A stretch of DNA of 64,000 nucleotides, taken from an uncultured Candidatus Nemicrothrix sp. (GTDB lineage: Bacteria; Actinomycetota; Acidimicrobiia; Acidimicrobiales; Acidimicrobilacustridaceae). The notes beneath the pieces are model-generated. The model was given only the letters and a program-made list of their open reading frames with translations. It ran no database searches and was not told the origin of the DNA. Below are positions 48,392 through 58,551 of the stretch, piece after piece. How positions within the stretch are numbered: position 1 is the stretch's first letter; each line of letters opens with the position of its first letter. The DNA lies in the NCBI GenBank assembly GCA_903867185.1, contig CAIPQK010000066.1:217-64216 (forward strand). The letters are read 5' to 3'. The position numbers were made by a program, and so were the translations under genes.

Positions 48392-49600
48392 ATGTCGATA
48401 GGTAGCAAGCCCCCGCTCTCGACGGCTTCAGCGCCGGTTGGGTTTCTCGAACTCTTTTATGACCTCGTGTTTGTTGCTTCGACGATGGTGCTTTCGAATG
48501 AGTTTTCCCATGATCCGACGTGGAAATCCGCGGGCCTTTGTTCACTGATGTTCGTGTTGGTGTGGTTGTTGTGGTTCCACACCACGGTCTTAATGAACAT
48601 TGATCGTCGCGACGACCTCACACAACGCGCGCTGATGTTTTTACAGATGTTCCTCATTTTTATTCTGACGCTTGAGTTTGTCGACCGCTCGGTTGCAAAC
48701 CCTGATCTTGTTGGGCTCATCTATACCGCTGCAGTCTTCGTTCTTGCGTTGGCGTACCACCGTGTGGTGAACAAAGAAGGTGGCACCGGAGACTGGGCCA
48801 GAGGGCGACGCAATCGACTGATCCTCGCCGGCCTCTTGATGATCGCTGCATTCATCATCCCCGATGGAGTTGACTTCATTATCTGGGGCGTGGCAATCAT
48901 GTTGCTAATTGTTCCAACTTCAGCTGCACATTCACGCGGTTTGCCCACCGAGGCGCTCGACGAACATCACCTCACTGAACGGGCGGCGTTATTGACCCTC
49001 GTCGTCATCGGCGAAGCATTTCTGAAAGTTGCGCTTGTTGTTTCAGAAGGTTCGATGGACTGGAGCGATATCTCTGCCATCGTCGTCTTGTTTGTGATCC
49101 TTTTTGCACTCTTCAGTATCTATTTCGACGATATTCCCAAAGCGGGAATCCGACCTGGGATCCTTGCTGGTGAAGCATGGTTACTTTGTCACCTCGTTCT
49201 GCAATTAGGTATCATCGCGTTTGCGATAGGTATGTCGAAGTATCTCCAGATAGCCGATCGTGGTCACGTCCACCATTACGCCATCATCATTTTGTGCATC
49301 GCATTTATCGGCATATTCGGCGGACTTGCGGGAATTGGAATGCTGGGGAATCGGACGCCTAAGAAACCGTTGTTGTTGCTTCGATTGGTCACAATTGTTC
49401 TTGCGGTGGGCGGGGCGTTCGCCGCTTGGGACGTCGCAACCGTGACACCCGTTATCTATGTAATTTTTCTGATGGTCGTTGTGATAGCCCATGCATTCAC
49501 CGACGAATTTATGCAAAGAAGTACCACGGTTCCGACGCACTCGGGGATTGACACTGACGGGTCGGCGCTTGGAATTTCCTATGAAGAGGAGAACAAATGA
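48392..49600 (+). CDS. LtrA-like (low temperature requirement A family) integral membrane protein
   Basis: Internal ATG 48392 of ORF 48203..49600. FLELFYDLVFVAS near the N-terminus, then about 10 hydrophobic segments. Confidence 0.7.
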   Translation: MSIGSKPPLSTASAPVGFLELFYDLVFVASTMVLSNEFSHDPTWKSAGLCSLMFVLVWLLWFHTTVLMNIDRRDDLTQRALMFLQMFLIFILTLEFVDRSVANPDLVGLIYTAAVFVLALAYHRVVNKEGGTGDWARGRRNRLILAGLLMIAAFIIPDGVDFIIWGVAIMLLIVPTSAAHSRGLPTEALDEHHLTERAALLTLVVIGEAFLKVALVVSEGSMDWSDISAIVVLFVILFALFSIYFDDIPKAGIRPGILAGEAWLLCHLVLQLGIIAFAIGMSKYLQIADRGHVHHYAIIILCIAFIGIFGGLAGIGMLGNRTPKKPLLLLRLVTIVLAVGGAFAAWDVATVTPVIYVIFLMVVVIAHAFTDEFMQRSTTVPTHSGIDTDGSALGISYEEENK

Positions 49601-50832
49601 ACTGCGAAGTTGTTGCTGTTGGAACCGAGCTTCTGCTCGGCCAGATCGTCGACACGAATTCTTCGTGGATCGGTGAACAACTTGCGCTTGCAGGAATTGA
49701 TTGCTTCTTGCAGGTGAAAGTGGGCGATAACTGGGATCGCATTCGCGACGCTCTTCAGATAGCCCTTGATCGCAGCGATGCCGTGATCGTCTGCGGTGGC
49801 CTCGGTCCAACGCAAGATGACATCACTCGCGACGTGATCGCCGAGGTCATGGGCGTCGAACTTGTTGAAGACCCTGAGGTAATCGAACGACTTCATGAGA
49901 TTTTTGGTTCACGCGGCAGGAACATGCCGATGAATAATCTTCGTCAAGCACAAGTACCCGAGGGTGCATCGCGTATCGCGCAAATGCCGGGCACTGCCCC
50001 CGGACTGATCTGCCCGATTGGCGACAAGGTCATATTCGCCGTTCCGGGTGTTCCGTATGAGATGAAGGAAATGGTCGAAGGTACGGTCATCCCCGAACTT
50101 CGTCGGCGCGCTGGCGATACCGGTGTCATTCGAAGTCGAACGATTCGTACCTGGGGCCATAGCGAATCCGGCATTGCTGAGATGCTTGGCGATCGTCTCG
50201 AGGAACTCGACCGCACCGGCACGGCCACCATCGCCTTCCTCGCCAGTGGCATCGAGGGACTCAAGGTACGCGTCACCGCCAAGGCCGATTCCGCCGAAGA
50301 GGCCGATGCCGTCGTTGCTGCCGAGGTTGGTGAAGTGGCAAAGATTCTTGCGAACTATGTCTTTTCGACTCAAGATCAAACAATGGAAGAGGTCGTGCTC
50401 GACCTGCTTCGCGAACGCGGACTTACCCTTGGGTTAGCCGAATCACTCACTGGTGGGTTGATCGCCAGCCGATTGGTTTCCATCCCTGGAGCGAGCGATG
50501 TTTTGCGCGGTTCGGTAGTGAGCTATGCCAGTGAAGTGAAGTTCGATCTTCTTGGCGTTCCGGTAGGTCCTGTTGTGAGCGACGACGCGGTGCGCGCGAT
50601 GAGCGAAGGCGCATGTCGTGTGCTCGGTTCTGACGTTGGCATTGCTGTTACCGGCGTGGCTGGTCCCGATGAACAAGAAGGCATGCCTGTCGGAACAGTG
50701 TTTATGGCCACCACGCTTGATGGTGTTACCGAAACGACAATGGCGAAGTTCCCGTTCAATCGCGAACAGTCACGACAGTTCACGGTCATCACTGTGCTTG
50801 ATCATCTGCGTCGTCGGTTACTCGCTCGCTGA
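49597..50832 (+). CDS. cinA: competence/damage-inducible protein CinA (MoCF-binding plus NMN amidohydrolase domains)
   Basis: EVVAVGTELLLGQIVDTNSSWI and C-terminal ESLTGGLIAS. ATGA overlap with the upstream gene. Confidence 0.9.
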   Translation: MNCEVVAVGTELLLGQIVDTNSSWIGEQLALAGIDCFLQVKVGDNWDRIRDALQIALDRSDAVIVCGGLGPTQDDITRDVIAEVMGVELVEDPEVIERLHEIFGSRGRNMPMNNLRQAQVPEGASRIAQMPGTAPGLICPIGDKVIFAVPGVPYEMKEMVEGTVIPELRRRAGDTGVIRSRTIRTWGHSESGIAEMLGDRLEELDRTGTATIAFLASGIEGLKVRVTAKADSAEEADAVVAAEVGEVAKILANYVFSTQDQTMEEVVLDLLRERGLTLGLAESLTGGLIASRLVSIPGASDVLRGSVVSYASEVKFDLLGVPVGPVVSDDAVRAMSEGACRVLGSDVGIAVTGVAGPDEQEGMPVGTVFMATTLDGVTETTMAKFPFNREQSRQFTVITVLDHLRRRLLAR

Positions 50833-50866
50833 GAGCGGTTGGCCATTAATTATTCGCGCGGTCGCG

Positions 50867-51280
50867 CTAGTTCTGCGCAGGTTTGAGATCGAGAGACGCG
50901 GAGTTCATGCAATAGCGCAGGCCCGTAGGGCCGGGGCCATCGTCGAAGACGTGACCAAGATGCGCGCCGCATGCCGCGCAGATCGCTTCGGTGCGCACCA
51001 TCCCGTGTGACGCGTCGACCACCGTGGCAACCGCGTCGTTGGTCATCGGATCGAAGAAACTCGGCCATCCGGTTCCTGAGTCGAACTTGGTGTCGGAACT
51101 AAAGAGTTGCGCGTCGCACACGATGCAGTGATAGGTGCCGTCGTCGTGGCAGTCCCAGTACTTGCCGGTGAAGGCCCGTTCCGTTGCGCTGCATTGAGTG
51201 ACCTGAAACTGTTCCTCGCTCAGGCGTTGGCGGAGGGCCTCGGCTCGTTCGGTGGGATCAGAGGGAAGCGAGTCACTCAT
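50867..51280 (-). CDS. msrB: peptide-methionine (R)-S-oxide reductase
   Basis: Internal ATG 51280. Zn CxxC pairs CIVCDA and [14 protein letters not shown], catalytic RYCMNSASL. Confidence 0.93.
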   Translation of the reverse strand: MSDSLPSDPTERAEALRQRLSEEQFQVTQCSATERAFTGKYWDCHDDGTYHCIVCDAQLFSSDTKFDSGTGWPSFFDPMTNDAVATVVDASHGMVRTEAICAACGAHLGHVFDDGPGPTGLRYCMNSASLDLKPAQN

Positions 51281-51411
51281 TGGAAGGCACCTTTCCGTTT
51301 TTCGGCCCTGTCGATCAGGGGCGACGGCCTGCTCCGGCGGGGATGAGTCTACCGACCTAGACCCGAGATCCCTTGGGGGAGAGGCCAACGGGGGCTAGGG
51401 ATCAAGGGTCA

Positions 51412-51440
51412 TTGACTGAACAGGTGTTCGAAGTTACAGT
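51412..51440 (+). promoter_or_regulatory. recA sigma-70-type promoter
   Basis: ttgact (51412-51417), 17-nt spacer, tacagt (51435-51440). Implies a leader of about 160 nt before ATG 51608. Confidence 0.6.
51416..51431. promoter_or_regulatory. LexA (SOS) box in the recA promoter spacer
   Basis: cTGAAC-aggt-GTTCGA matches the actinobacterial TCGAAC-N4-GTTCGA palindrome in 14 of the 16 positions, with both mismatches in the two leftmost flanking bases and the GAAC/GTTC cores intact. Confidence 0.75.
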
Positions 51441-51607
51441 CATGTCGTTCGAACACCGGGGGCCTGTCACACCCCCTCCGTAGGTTGCGATCCATCTCCA
51501 CCAAGGCCTCGGCTCTGGTGGGGCCACCGGAGCTCCCGCTCAGGTGGAAGCGGATCACCCAGAAGCGTCCCGGGCAGACCGGGCCACATACCCAGGAGAA
51601 GTAGACG

Positions 51608-52711
51608 ATGGCAAAGGAATCGAACCGCCCGACGTTCCCACAGGAACGCGATAAGGCCCTCGACATGGCGCTCGGCCAGATCGAGAAGCAGTTTGGTAAG
51701 GGCTCGGTCATGAAAATGGGCGAGAAGGGCAGCATGAAGATCGAAACGATCCCCACTGGCGCCCTTGCCCTCGACCTTGCTCTCGGAGTCGGCGGCTTGC
51801 CTCGCGGCCGTGTCGTCGAGATCTTCGGCCCGGAATCTTCCGGTAAGTCAACGCTTGCCATGCACGTTGTGGCCGAAGCCCAGCGCAACGGTGGCATCTG
51901 TGCCTATGTCGATGCCGAACACGCAATGGACCCGGTCTACGCATCGGCCATCGGTGTCGATACCGACCAGTTGCTGATCTCTCAGCCCGACACTGGTGAG
52001 CAGGCCCTCGAAATCGTCGACATGTTGGTGCGTTCCGGTGCCCTCGATGTCATCGTCATCGACTCGGTCGCCGCACTGACACCTCGTGCAGAAATCGAAG
52101 GCGAGATGGGCGACAGTCACGTTGGCCTGCAAGCTCGTCTTATGAGCCAGGCATTGCGCAAGCTCACGGCCAATCTCAATAAGTCCAATACCGTCTGTAT
52201 CTTCATCAATCAGTTGCGAGAGAAGATCGGCGTCATGTTTGGCTCTCCCGAAACCACACCGGGTGGTCGTGCGCTGAAGTTCTACTCCTCTGTGCGCCTC
52301 GACATTCGTCGTATCGAGTCCATCAAAGATGGCGTCGAAGTTGTGGGTAACCGCACCCGCGTCAAGGTCGTCAAGAACAAGGTGGCCCCGCCGTTCAAGC
52401 AGGCCGAATTCGACATCATGTACGGCAAGGGCGTCAGCCGCGAAGGTTCCACCATCGATATTGGTGTCGATCTTGGCTTCGTGAAGAAGTCGGGCGCTTG
52501 GTACACCTACGAGGGTGAGCAGCTTGGTCAGGGTCGCGAAAATGCGAAGACCTACCTGCTTGAGAATCCCGAGGTCATGGTGGAAATCACTGAGCGCATC
52601 CTCACCAGTGTTGGAATCGGTGAAGGCGCTGAGGACGAGAACCTCGACACTCTCGAAAGTGGCGAAGAAATGACCGCCGAGCACGACGTCCCGATTTCGC
52701 TCGACGACTGA
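51608..52711 (+). CDS. recA: recombinase RecA
   Basis: [43 protein letters not shown]. No intein. Confidence 0.97.
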   Translation: MAKESNRPTFPQERDKALDMALGQIEKQFGKGSVMKMGEKGSMKIETIPTGALALDLALGVGGLPRGRVVEIFGPESSGKSTLAMHVVAEAQRNGGICAYVDAEHAMDPVYASAIGVDTDQLLISQPDTGEQALEIVDMLVRSGALDVIVIDSVAALTPRAEIEGEMGDSHVGLQARLMSQALRKLTANLNKSNTVCIFINQLREKIGVMFGSPETTPGGRALKFYSSVRLDIRRIESIKDGVEVVGNRTRVKVVKNKVAPPFKQAEFDIMYGKGVSREGSTIDIGVDLGFVKKSGAWYTYEGEQLGQGRENAKTYLLENPEVMVEITERILTSVGIGEGAEDENLDTLESGEEMTAEHDVPISLDD

Positions 52712-52743
52712 TTCTCTGCAGTCCTGACAGTTTCTGTCATACC

Positions 52744-52781
52744 GGAGAGTCCCGAGGTGCCTCTGGCCCTCGGGACTCTCC
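52744..52781 (+). terminator. 14-bp perfect hairpin after recA
   Basis: ggagagtcccgagg (52744-52757), 10-nt loop, cctcgggactctcc (52768-52781). No T tract, which is common in actinobacteria. Confidence 0.6.
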
Positions 52782-52798
52782 GCGCCTACCGGTAACCT

Positions 52799-54268
52799 GT
52801 GTCGGTGACTGATCAGCCCCGCAGCTATGCCATCCGCACCTATGGGTGTCAGATGAACGAGCACGATTCTGAACGCATCGCGGGCCTGCTCGAAGCCGAT
52901 GGCCTGGTGCTCGCCGATTCCGACGAATCTGCCGATGTTGTGGTGTTCAACACCTGTTGTATCCGTGAGAATGCCGACAACAAGTTCTACGGCCATCTTG
53001 GGTGGTTCAAGACGCTCAAAGAATCTCGCCCTGAGATGGAAATTATCGTCAGCGGTTGCTTGGCTCAGAAAGACCGCGAGCAAATAGCCCAACGAGCGGG
53101 CCATGTCGACGTTGTGGTTGGAACGCACAATGTCCATCGCGCCGTTGAGCTCCTTCACGAGTCGCGTCGCAATGGCCCCATCACCGAAATTTGGGATGAA
53201 GCGCTTGACGACGCAGACACCTTCCCTTCGGCCCTCGCCGTTCGTCGCGAAGTCGATTGGTCGGCCTGGGTCACGATTCAGGTTGGTTGCGACAACACCT
53301 GCGCCTATTGCATCGTTCCCGCAGTGCGGGGTCGCGAAATCAGCCGCCCGTTTGGTGAACTCGTAAGCGAAGTCGAACGACTCGCGGCCGACGGTGTTCG
53401 GGAAATCACCTTGCTCGGTCAGAACGTGAATTCCTATGGCCGCGATCTCACGAGCGCGCGTCGGGCACTCGACCCTGCGCACGATGACCTCGACATTGCC
53501 GGTGAGCAGTGGCTGGCCGACCGTCGCGCTCGTCCGCTCTTCGCTGACCTTCTCATCGCCGTCAGCAAGGTCGATGGAATCGACCGAGTTCGCTTCACCA
53601 GTCCTCATCCAAAGGATCTGCGTGACGACACAATTGCGGCAATGGGTAACAACGCCGCCGTTTGTTCGCACCTCCATTTCCCACTGCAATCGGGCAGCGA
53701 TCGTGTATTAGCGCTGATGCATCGTGGGTATACCGCCGAGCGTTATCTCGAAAAGATCGTTGCGGCCCGAGCCGGCATTGAAGATCTCGCAATCACCACC
53801 GACATCATCGTGGGCTACCCCGGAGAGACCGAAGAAGACTTCGTGCGCACGCTCGAAGTCGCAGCCGCCGCCGAATATGACTCGGCCTATACGTTCATCT
53901 TTTCTCCCCGCGAAGGCACCGAAGCTGCGTTGATGGTCGATCAGTTCTGCGACCCGGCTGAAGTGGGTGATCGATTCGAACGGCTTCGTGTCGTGGTCGA
54001 ACGGTCTGCGCTGGCCAAGCACATGGCCCGCATTGGGCGCACGGAAACGATGATTGTCGAAGGCCCATCGAAGCGTGATCCCGAAGTGCTTACTGGTCGG
54101 ACCGAGCAAAACAAACTGGTGCACTTCAACTCTGATCGCCCATTACGCGCAGGAACGCTGGCCACTGCACTGATCACCGATGCATCGACGCACTTTCTTC
54201 GCGGCGAGCTGGTCGAGGTGCTTTCGATTTCGCAGCATCGCACCCGATTCGCGGTTACCGCAGGGTGA
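52799..54268 (+). CDS. miaB: tRNA-2-methylthio-N6-dimethylallyladenosine synthase
   Basis: GTG start (52799 or 52805). IRTYGCQMNEHDSE and radical-SAM GCDNTCAYCIVP. Confidence 0.93.
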   Translation: MSVTDQPRSYAIRTYGCQMNEHDSERIAGLLEADGLVLADSDESADVVVFNTCCIRENADNKFYGHLGWFKTLKESRPEMEIIVSGCLAQKDREQIAQRAGHVDVVVGTHNVHRAVELLHESRRNGPITEIWDEALDDADTFPSALAVRREVDWSAWVTIQVGCDNTCAYCIVPAVRGREISRPFGELVSEVERLAADGVREITLLGQNVNSYGRDLTSARRALDPAHDDLDIAGEQWLADRRARPLFADLLIAVSKVDGIDRVRFTSPHPKDLRDDTIAAMGNNAAVCSHLHFPLQSGSDRVLALMHRGYTAERYLEKIVAARAGIEDLAITTDIIVGYPGETEEDFVRTLEVAAAAEYDSAYTFIFSPREGTEAALMVDQFCDPAEVGDRFERLRVVVERSALAKHMARIGRTETMIVEGPSKRDPEVLTGRTEQNKLVHFNSDRPLRAGTLATALITDASTHFLRGELVEVLSISQHRTRFAVTAG

Positions 54269-55200
54269 ACGCATCGGCCCGGTTTCACCCGAACGGCCGA
54301 CATCTCGCGCTCGTCGGACCTACCGCATCAGGGAAATCATCGCTCGCTCTCGCACTAGCTCGCAGTCGCGACGACATCGAAATCGTCACGGTCGATTCGA
54401 TGCAGGTGTACCGCGGGATGGATATCGGCACGGCGAAACCGAGCGTTGTCGAACAAGCCGAGGTCGTCCATCATTTGCTTGATGTTTGCGATCCCGACGA
54501 CGACTACACCGTCGCTCGATTTCAGCGTGAGTGTTTAGCCGTTCTTGCCGACATTGAAGCTCGCGGCCAACGAGCGCTCCTCGTTGGCGGCACTGGTCTC
54601 TATCTTCAGGCGATCACCGATGACCTCGAGATACCAGCGCGTTTTCCCGAGGTTCGCGAGCAATTAGAAACGGAACCGGAAACGGGAGTGCTCTTTGCGC
54701 AACTTGAGCAACTCGATCCGATTGCCGCATCGCGAATGGAAGCCACCAATCGTCGTCGAGTGGTGCGCGCCCTTGAAGTGACGCTCGGAAGCGGTCGGCC
54801 GTTCTCCTCCTTTGGACCGGGCTTAGAGGACTATCCCGCGTCTCCGTTTCCGATCATTGGTTTGGCCATGGAACGTGACCTTCTTGATGAGCGCATCTCG
54901 AAGCGCTACGAGCAGCAGATGGCCGAAGGGTTTCTTGGCGAGGTCGAGGCGCTTTTGGCTCGGCCGGCGGGATTGGGTCGGACCGCTCGCCAGGCCCTCG
55001 GGTACACCGAACTCCTTGAGCACCTCGAACAAGGTTTGCCACTCGACGCCGCCCTAGAGGCTGCGGTTCAGCGCACTCGGCGCTTCGCTCGTCGCCAGCA
55101 ACGGTGGTTTGGTCGAGACCCTCGCATCACATGGTTGGCCACCGATGGCAACGTTTCGGAAAATCTGGTCGCCGAACTTGCCCGTGGGCTGGTTGACTGA
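54265..55200 (+). CDS. miaA: tRNA dimethylallyltransferase
   Basis: The GTG start overlaps the miaB stop. P-loop LVGPTASGKSSLALAL and VTVDSMQVYRGMDIGTAKP. Confidence 0.93.
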   Translation: MNASARFHPNGRHLALVGPTASGKSSLALALARSRDDIEIVTVDSMQVYRGMDIGTAKPSVVEQAEVVHHLLDVCDPDDDYTVARFQRECLAVLADIEARGQRALLVGGTGLYLQAITDDLEIPARFPEVREQLETEPETGVLFAQLEQLDPIAASRMEATNRRRVVRALEVTLGSGRPFSSFGPGLEDYPASPFPIIGLAMERDLLDERISKRYEQQMAEGFLGEVEALLARPAGLGRTARQALGYTELLEHLEQGLPLDAALEAAVQRTRRFARRQQRWFGRDPRITWLATDGNVSENLVAELARGLVD

Positions 55201-55207
55201 ACATCTC

Positions 55208-56044
55208 ATGAGACTCACAAAGCACCACGGACTGGGAAACGATTTCGTGATCGCCCTCGAGGAGGTCAATGGCCCCCTGCGCGGCGACGCAACATTGGCG
55301 CGCTCGCTTTGTGATCGCCGCCGTGGCCTCGGTGCCGATGGTTTTATCGTTGGGTCTCGGCCCGAGGCAGGCGCACTCACACCCGATGGCCGATCGATCG
55401 ATGTCGTGATGCAGCTTTGGAATGCCGATGGCAGTAGCGCCGAAATGAGCGGTAACGGCATCCGCTGTCTCGGCCAGGCCCTGGCGATGGCCCGCGACGA
55501 TCACGAGGCGACCTACGCCGTGCACACCGACGGCGGCCTTCGTGAACTCGTTGTTCATGACGATGCTGTTCATCGCCTCGCAACTGTCAGTGTGACCATG
55601 GGACTCGTTGGCGATGGCCCGGCGATACCGAAAACGGTGTCGGAACGTTTGGCTGGCGATCGCCACGCCACGGCCGACCTCGGGAACCCACACATTGTGG
55701 TTCTCGTCGCCGACCTTTCCTCGGTCGACCTTGTCGGCACCGGTTCGTGGATCGAATCGCAGTTTGATGCTGGCATCAATGTGGAGTTCATCGCCGTAGG
55801 AAGCGAGGCCAATTCGCTCGACCTCTTGGTGTGGGAACGCGGCGCTGGAGTCACCGAAGCATGCGGTACAGGCGCGACCGCCGCAGCGACGCTGGCCCAT
55901 CAATGGGGGCTCGTCGGACGTGAAGTTCGTGTCGTGATGCCGGGTGGTTCGGCCGAGGTCATCGTCGCCTCGGCCCCGGAAGAGGAACCGGTGCTTATTG
56001 GTCCCTCTCAACACATCGCCACCATCGAGATCCCAGATGCCTGA
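55208..56044 (+). CDS. dapF: diaminopimelate epimerase
   Basis: Internal ATG 55208. KHHGLGNDFV, with catalytic Cys contexts EMSGNGIRC and GVTEACGTGA. Confidence 0.93.
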   Translation: MRLTKHHGLGNDFVIALEEVNGPLRGDATLARSLCDRRRGLGADGFIVGSRPEAGALTPDGRSIDVVMQLWNADGSSAEMSGNGIRCLGQALAMARDDHEATYAVHTDGGLRELVVHDDAVHRLATVSVTMGLVGDGPAIPKTVSERLAGDRHATADLGNPHIVVLVADLSSVDLVGTGSWIESQFDAGINVEFIAVGSEANSLDLLVWERGAGVTEACGTGATAAATLAHQWGLVGREVRVVMPGGSAEVIVASAPEEEPVLIGPSQHIATIEIPDA

Positions 56045-57389
56045 ACCCACCTCACCAATCGTCGGTGACCACCGCGGTGGTTTCGGCGCTTTCGCTGGTG
56101 AGAGCTCCGGTCTTATCGACCGAACCTTCCGCGAACGAATCGTCATTGTTGGTGTCACCTTTCCAACCGAAGACGAATTCGATACTGAACGTCATCTCGA
56201 CGAACTCGCTCTACTGGTTGACACCGCCGGTGCCGACAGCATCGCCCGTGTTGTTCAGCGTCGACATTCTCCTGATCCGGCGACCTACCTCGGAAGCGGA
56301 AAGGTCGAAGAACTGCGCGAGCTTTGTGAAGCGGTTGATGCCGACACGGTGGTGTTTGATAACGAACTATCTCCAGCGCAGCAACGCAACCTCGAAAAAC
56401 TTCTCGGCCGCTCGGCAATTGATCGCACTGCAGTCATCCTCGACATCTTCGGACAGAACGCTCACAGCCTTGAAGGCAAGGCGCAGGTCGAACTGGCGCA
56501 GATTCGCTACCGACTGCCTCGTCTGCGCGGCAAGGGCAATCAACTTTCACGACAGGGCGGTGGCATTGGCGCCCGTCAGGGTGGCGGCGAAACTCAGCTC
56601 GAAGTTGATCGTCGGCGACTTCAGCGGCGCATGCACAAGCTCGAAGGCGATCTTCGCGAAATCTCACGTGTACGTGACACGCAGGCGAAATCCCGGCAGC
56701 GTTCTCGGCTGCATCGAGTTGCCATCGTTGGATACACCAACGCTGGTAAATCCACGCTGCTGAATCACCTCACCGATGCCGGAGTACTCGTCGAAGATCG
56801 ATTGTTCGCCACACTCGACGCCACCACGCGGCGGTTGCAGCTCCCCGGAGGTGAAGCGGTATTACTCACCGACACCGTTGGGTTCATCACAAAGCTTCCA
56901 ACGCAATTAGTCGAAGCGTTTAAGTCGACCCTTGAAGTCGTGGTTGATGCCGATCTCCTCGTGCACGTCATCGACGGCTCTGCTGCTGACCCCGAATCGA
57001 ATATCGAGGCGGTCGATCGCGTGCTTCACGAAATCGGGGCAGCTGAGGTTCCGCAAATGCTTGTGGTGAACAAGATCGATATCGATCCAGATGGCGCCAA
57101 GGAACTACTGGTTGATTACCCAGGGTCGGTAGCGATCTCTGCCCGAACCGGTGAAGGGGTGGCTGACATGCTGCGGACACTCGCCGATCGGTTGCGGGGT
57201 CTCTCAACGATCACCGAACTTCTTGTTCCGTTCGACCGAGGGGATCTCTTGGCTGCCCTGCACCGCGAGGGCGAGGTGCTCGTCGAGACTGCGACCGAAG
57301 GCGGGATGCTCGTGCGGGCCCGCCTCGACGAGGTTTCGGTGAGTCGTCTTCACGAATACGTCGTGACCGGTCAGACTCTGCGCTCATGA
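56037..57389 (+). CDS. hflX: GTPase HflX
   Basis: Internal ATG 56037 overlaps the dapF end. G motifs VAIVGYTNAGKSTLLN, TDTVGFI, NKID. Confidence 0.92.
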   Translation: MPEPTSPIVGDHRGGFGAFAGESSGLIDRTFRERIVIVGVTFPTEDEFDTERHLDELALLVDTAGADSIARVVQRRHSPDPATYLGSGKVEELRELCEAVDADTVVFDNELSPAQQRNLEKLLGRSAIDRTAVILDIFGQNAHSLEGKAQVELAQIRYRLPRLRGKGNQLSRQGGGIGARQGGGETQLEVDRRRLQRRMHKLEGDLREISRVRDTQAKSRQRSRLHRVAIVGYTNAGKSTLLNHLTDAGVLVEDRLFATLDATTRRLQLPGGEAVLLTDTVGFITKLPTQLVEAFKSTLEVVVDADLLVHVIDGSAADPESNIEAVDRVLHEIGAAEVPQMLVVNKIDIDPDGAKELLVDYPGSVAISARTGEGVADMLRTLADRLRGLSTITELLVPFDRGDLLAALHREGEVLVETATEGGMLVRARLDEVSVSRLHEYVVTGQTLRS

Positions 57390-58498
57390 CTGCAGGATTC
57401 ATACCTCCTCCCTATCCCTATGACCGTCTCGATGCGTTTAAATCGATCGCGTCTGCCCACGAGGGTGACATGGTCGACCTTTCGATCGGCGATCCCTGTG
57501 ATCCTCCTCCGGCAGTCGTTGTCGAAGCGCTCGCGTCATCGGCAAGCGAACGGAGTTATCCGGCCTCGATTGGTTTTCCCGCATATCGCGATGCAGCAGC
57601 TGGTTGGATGGAACGCGAACTCGGTCTTTCGGTAGGACCGAAGGAACTTGCAGCGTGTATCGGAACGAAAGAGTTCGTCGCTGGTTTGCCACATTGGTTG
57701 CGTCTCCGCACCCCGGAACGCGACACGGTGCTTTATCCCGCTATTAGTTACCCGTCGTATGCGATGGGTGCTGAACTCGCCGGAGCGCGAGCGGTTCCTG
57801 TTCCGGTAACTGCAGATGGTCGCAGCGATCTAGATGCGATAGATCCATCAGACGCAGCTCGCGCATTGTGTCTGTGGGTGAACTCGCCGGGGAATCCCAC
57901 CGGTTACCTCGACGATCTTGAAGCCGCAGCAACATGGGGTCGAGCTCACGGTGTCCCAGTGATTTCAGACGAGTGTTACGTCGAGTTCACGTGGGAGGGG
58001 CCACGCCGTTCGATCCTTGAACACGGACTCGATGGTGTTCTCGCCGTGCATTCACTTTCGAAGCGTTCGAACCTTGCGGGTGTGCGCGCAGGGTTCTACG
58101 CGGGCGATGGCGACCTTGTGCACTATTTGTCGGAGCTGCGCAAACATGCCGGGTTCATGGTGCCGGGCCCTGTTCAGGCTGCAGCTGTTGCTGCTTGGAA
58201 TGACCAAGTACATGTCGATGTGCAACGAGCGCGTTACCTCGAACGTCTCGAACTCTTCCGCAGGATTCTCGCGGGAATCGGCGTCGAGGCTCCGATGCCC
58301 GGCGGAGCGTTCTATCTGTGGGCACCCGCGCCCGATGGCGACGCGTGGGCGTTGGTCGAGCGTCTCGCCGCCGACGGCGGTGCGTTGGTGTCAGCGGGCG
58401 AGTTTTACGGTCCCGAAGGAAGCTCATTCATTCGCGTCGCCGTTGTGCAATCAACCGAGCGCCTTGAACTGGTTGGTCGACGTCTCGGAGTGCTTTGA
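57386..58498 (+). CDS. dapC: succinyldiaminopimelate aminotransferase (class I PLP aminotransferase)
   Basis: N-terminus PPYPYDRL...DLSIGDPCDPPP as in actinobacterial DapC, and PLP-Lys context SLSKRSNLAGVRAGF. ATGA overlap with hflX. Confidence 0.8.
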   Translation: MTAGFIPPPYPYDRLDAFKSIASAHEGDMVDLSIGDPCDPPPAVVVEALASSASERSYPASIGFPAYRDAAAGWMERELGLSVGPKELAACIGTKEFVAGLPHWLRLRTPERDTVLYPAISYPSYAMGAELAGARAVPVPVTADGRSDLDAIDPSDAARALCLWVNSPGNPTGYLDDLEAAATWGRAHGVPVISDECYVEFTWEGPRRSILEHGLDGVLAVHSLSKRSNLAGVRAGFYAGDGDLVHYLSELRKHAGFMVPGPVQAAAVAAWNDQVHVDVQRARYLERLELFRRILAGIGVEAPMPGGAFYLWAPAPDGDAWALVERLAADGGALVSAGEFYGPEGSSFIRVAVVQSTERLELVGRRLGVL

Positions 58499-58551
58499 GA
58501 CAATTCCACAGATTCTCGGCAATTTGGGCAGTCGCACATTAGGTTCGGTCA

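Noticed and set aside
51848-53689. A 613-aa ORF on the minus strand spanning recA, the recA-miaB spacer and miaB. It is the longest unexplained ORF in the track.
   Set aside because: It is antisense to two genes with unambiguous family signatures (RecA P-loop, MiaB radical-SAM CxxxCxxC). Its translation is R/G/D/V-rich with no recognisable motif. This is the usual shadow ORF produced by GC3-biased codons.
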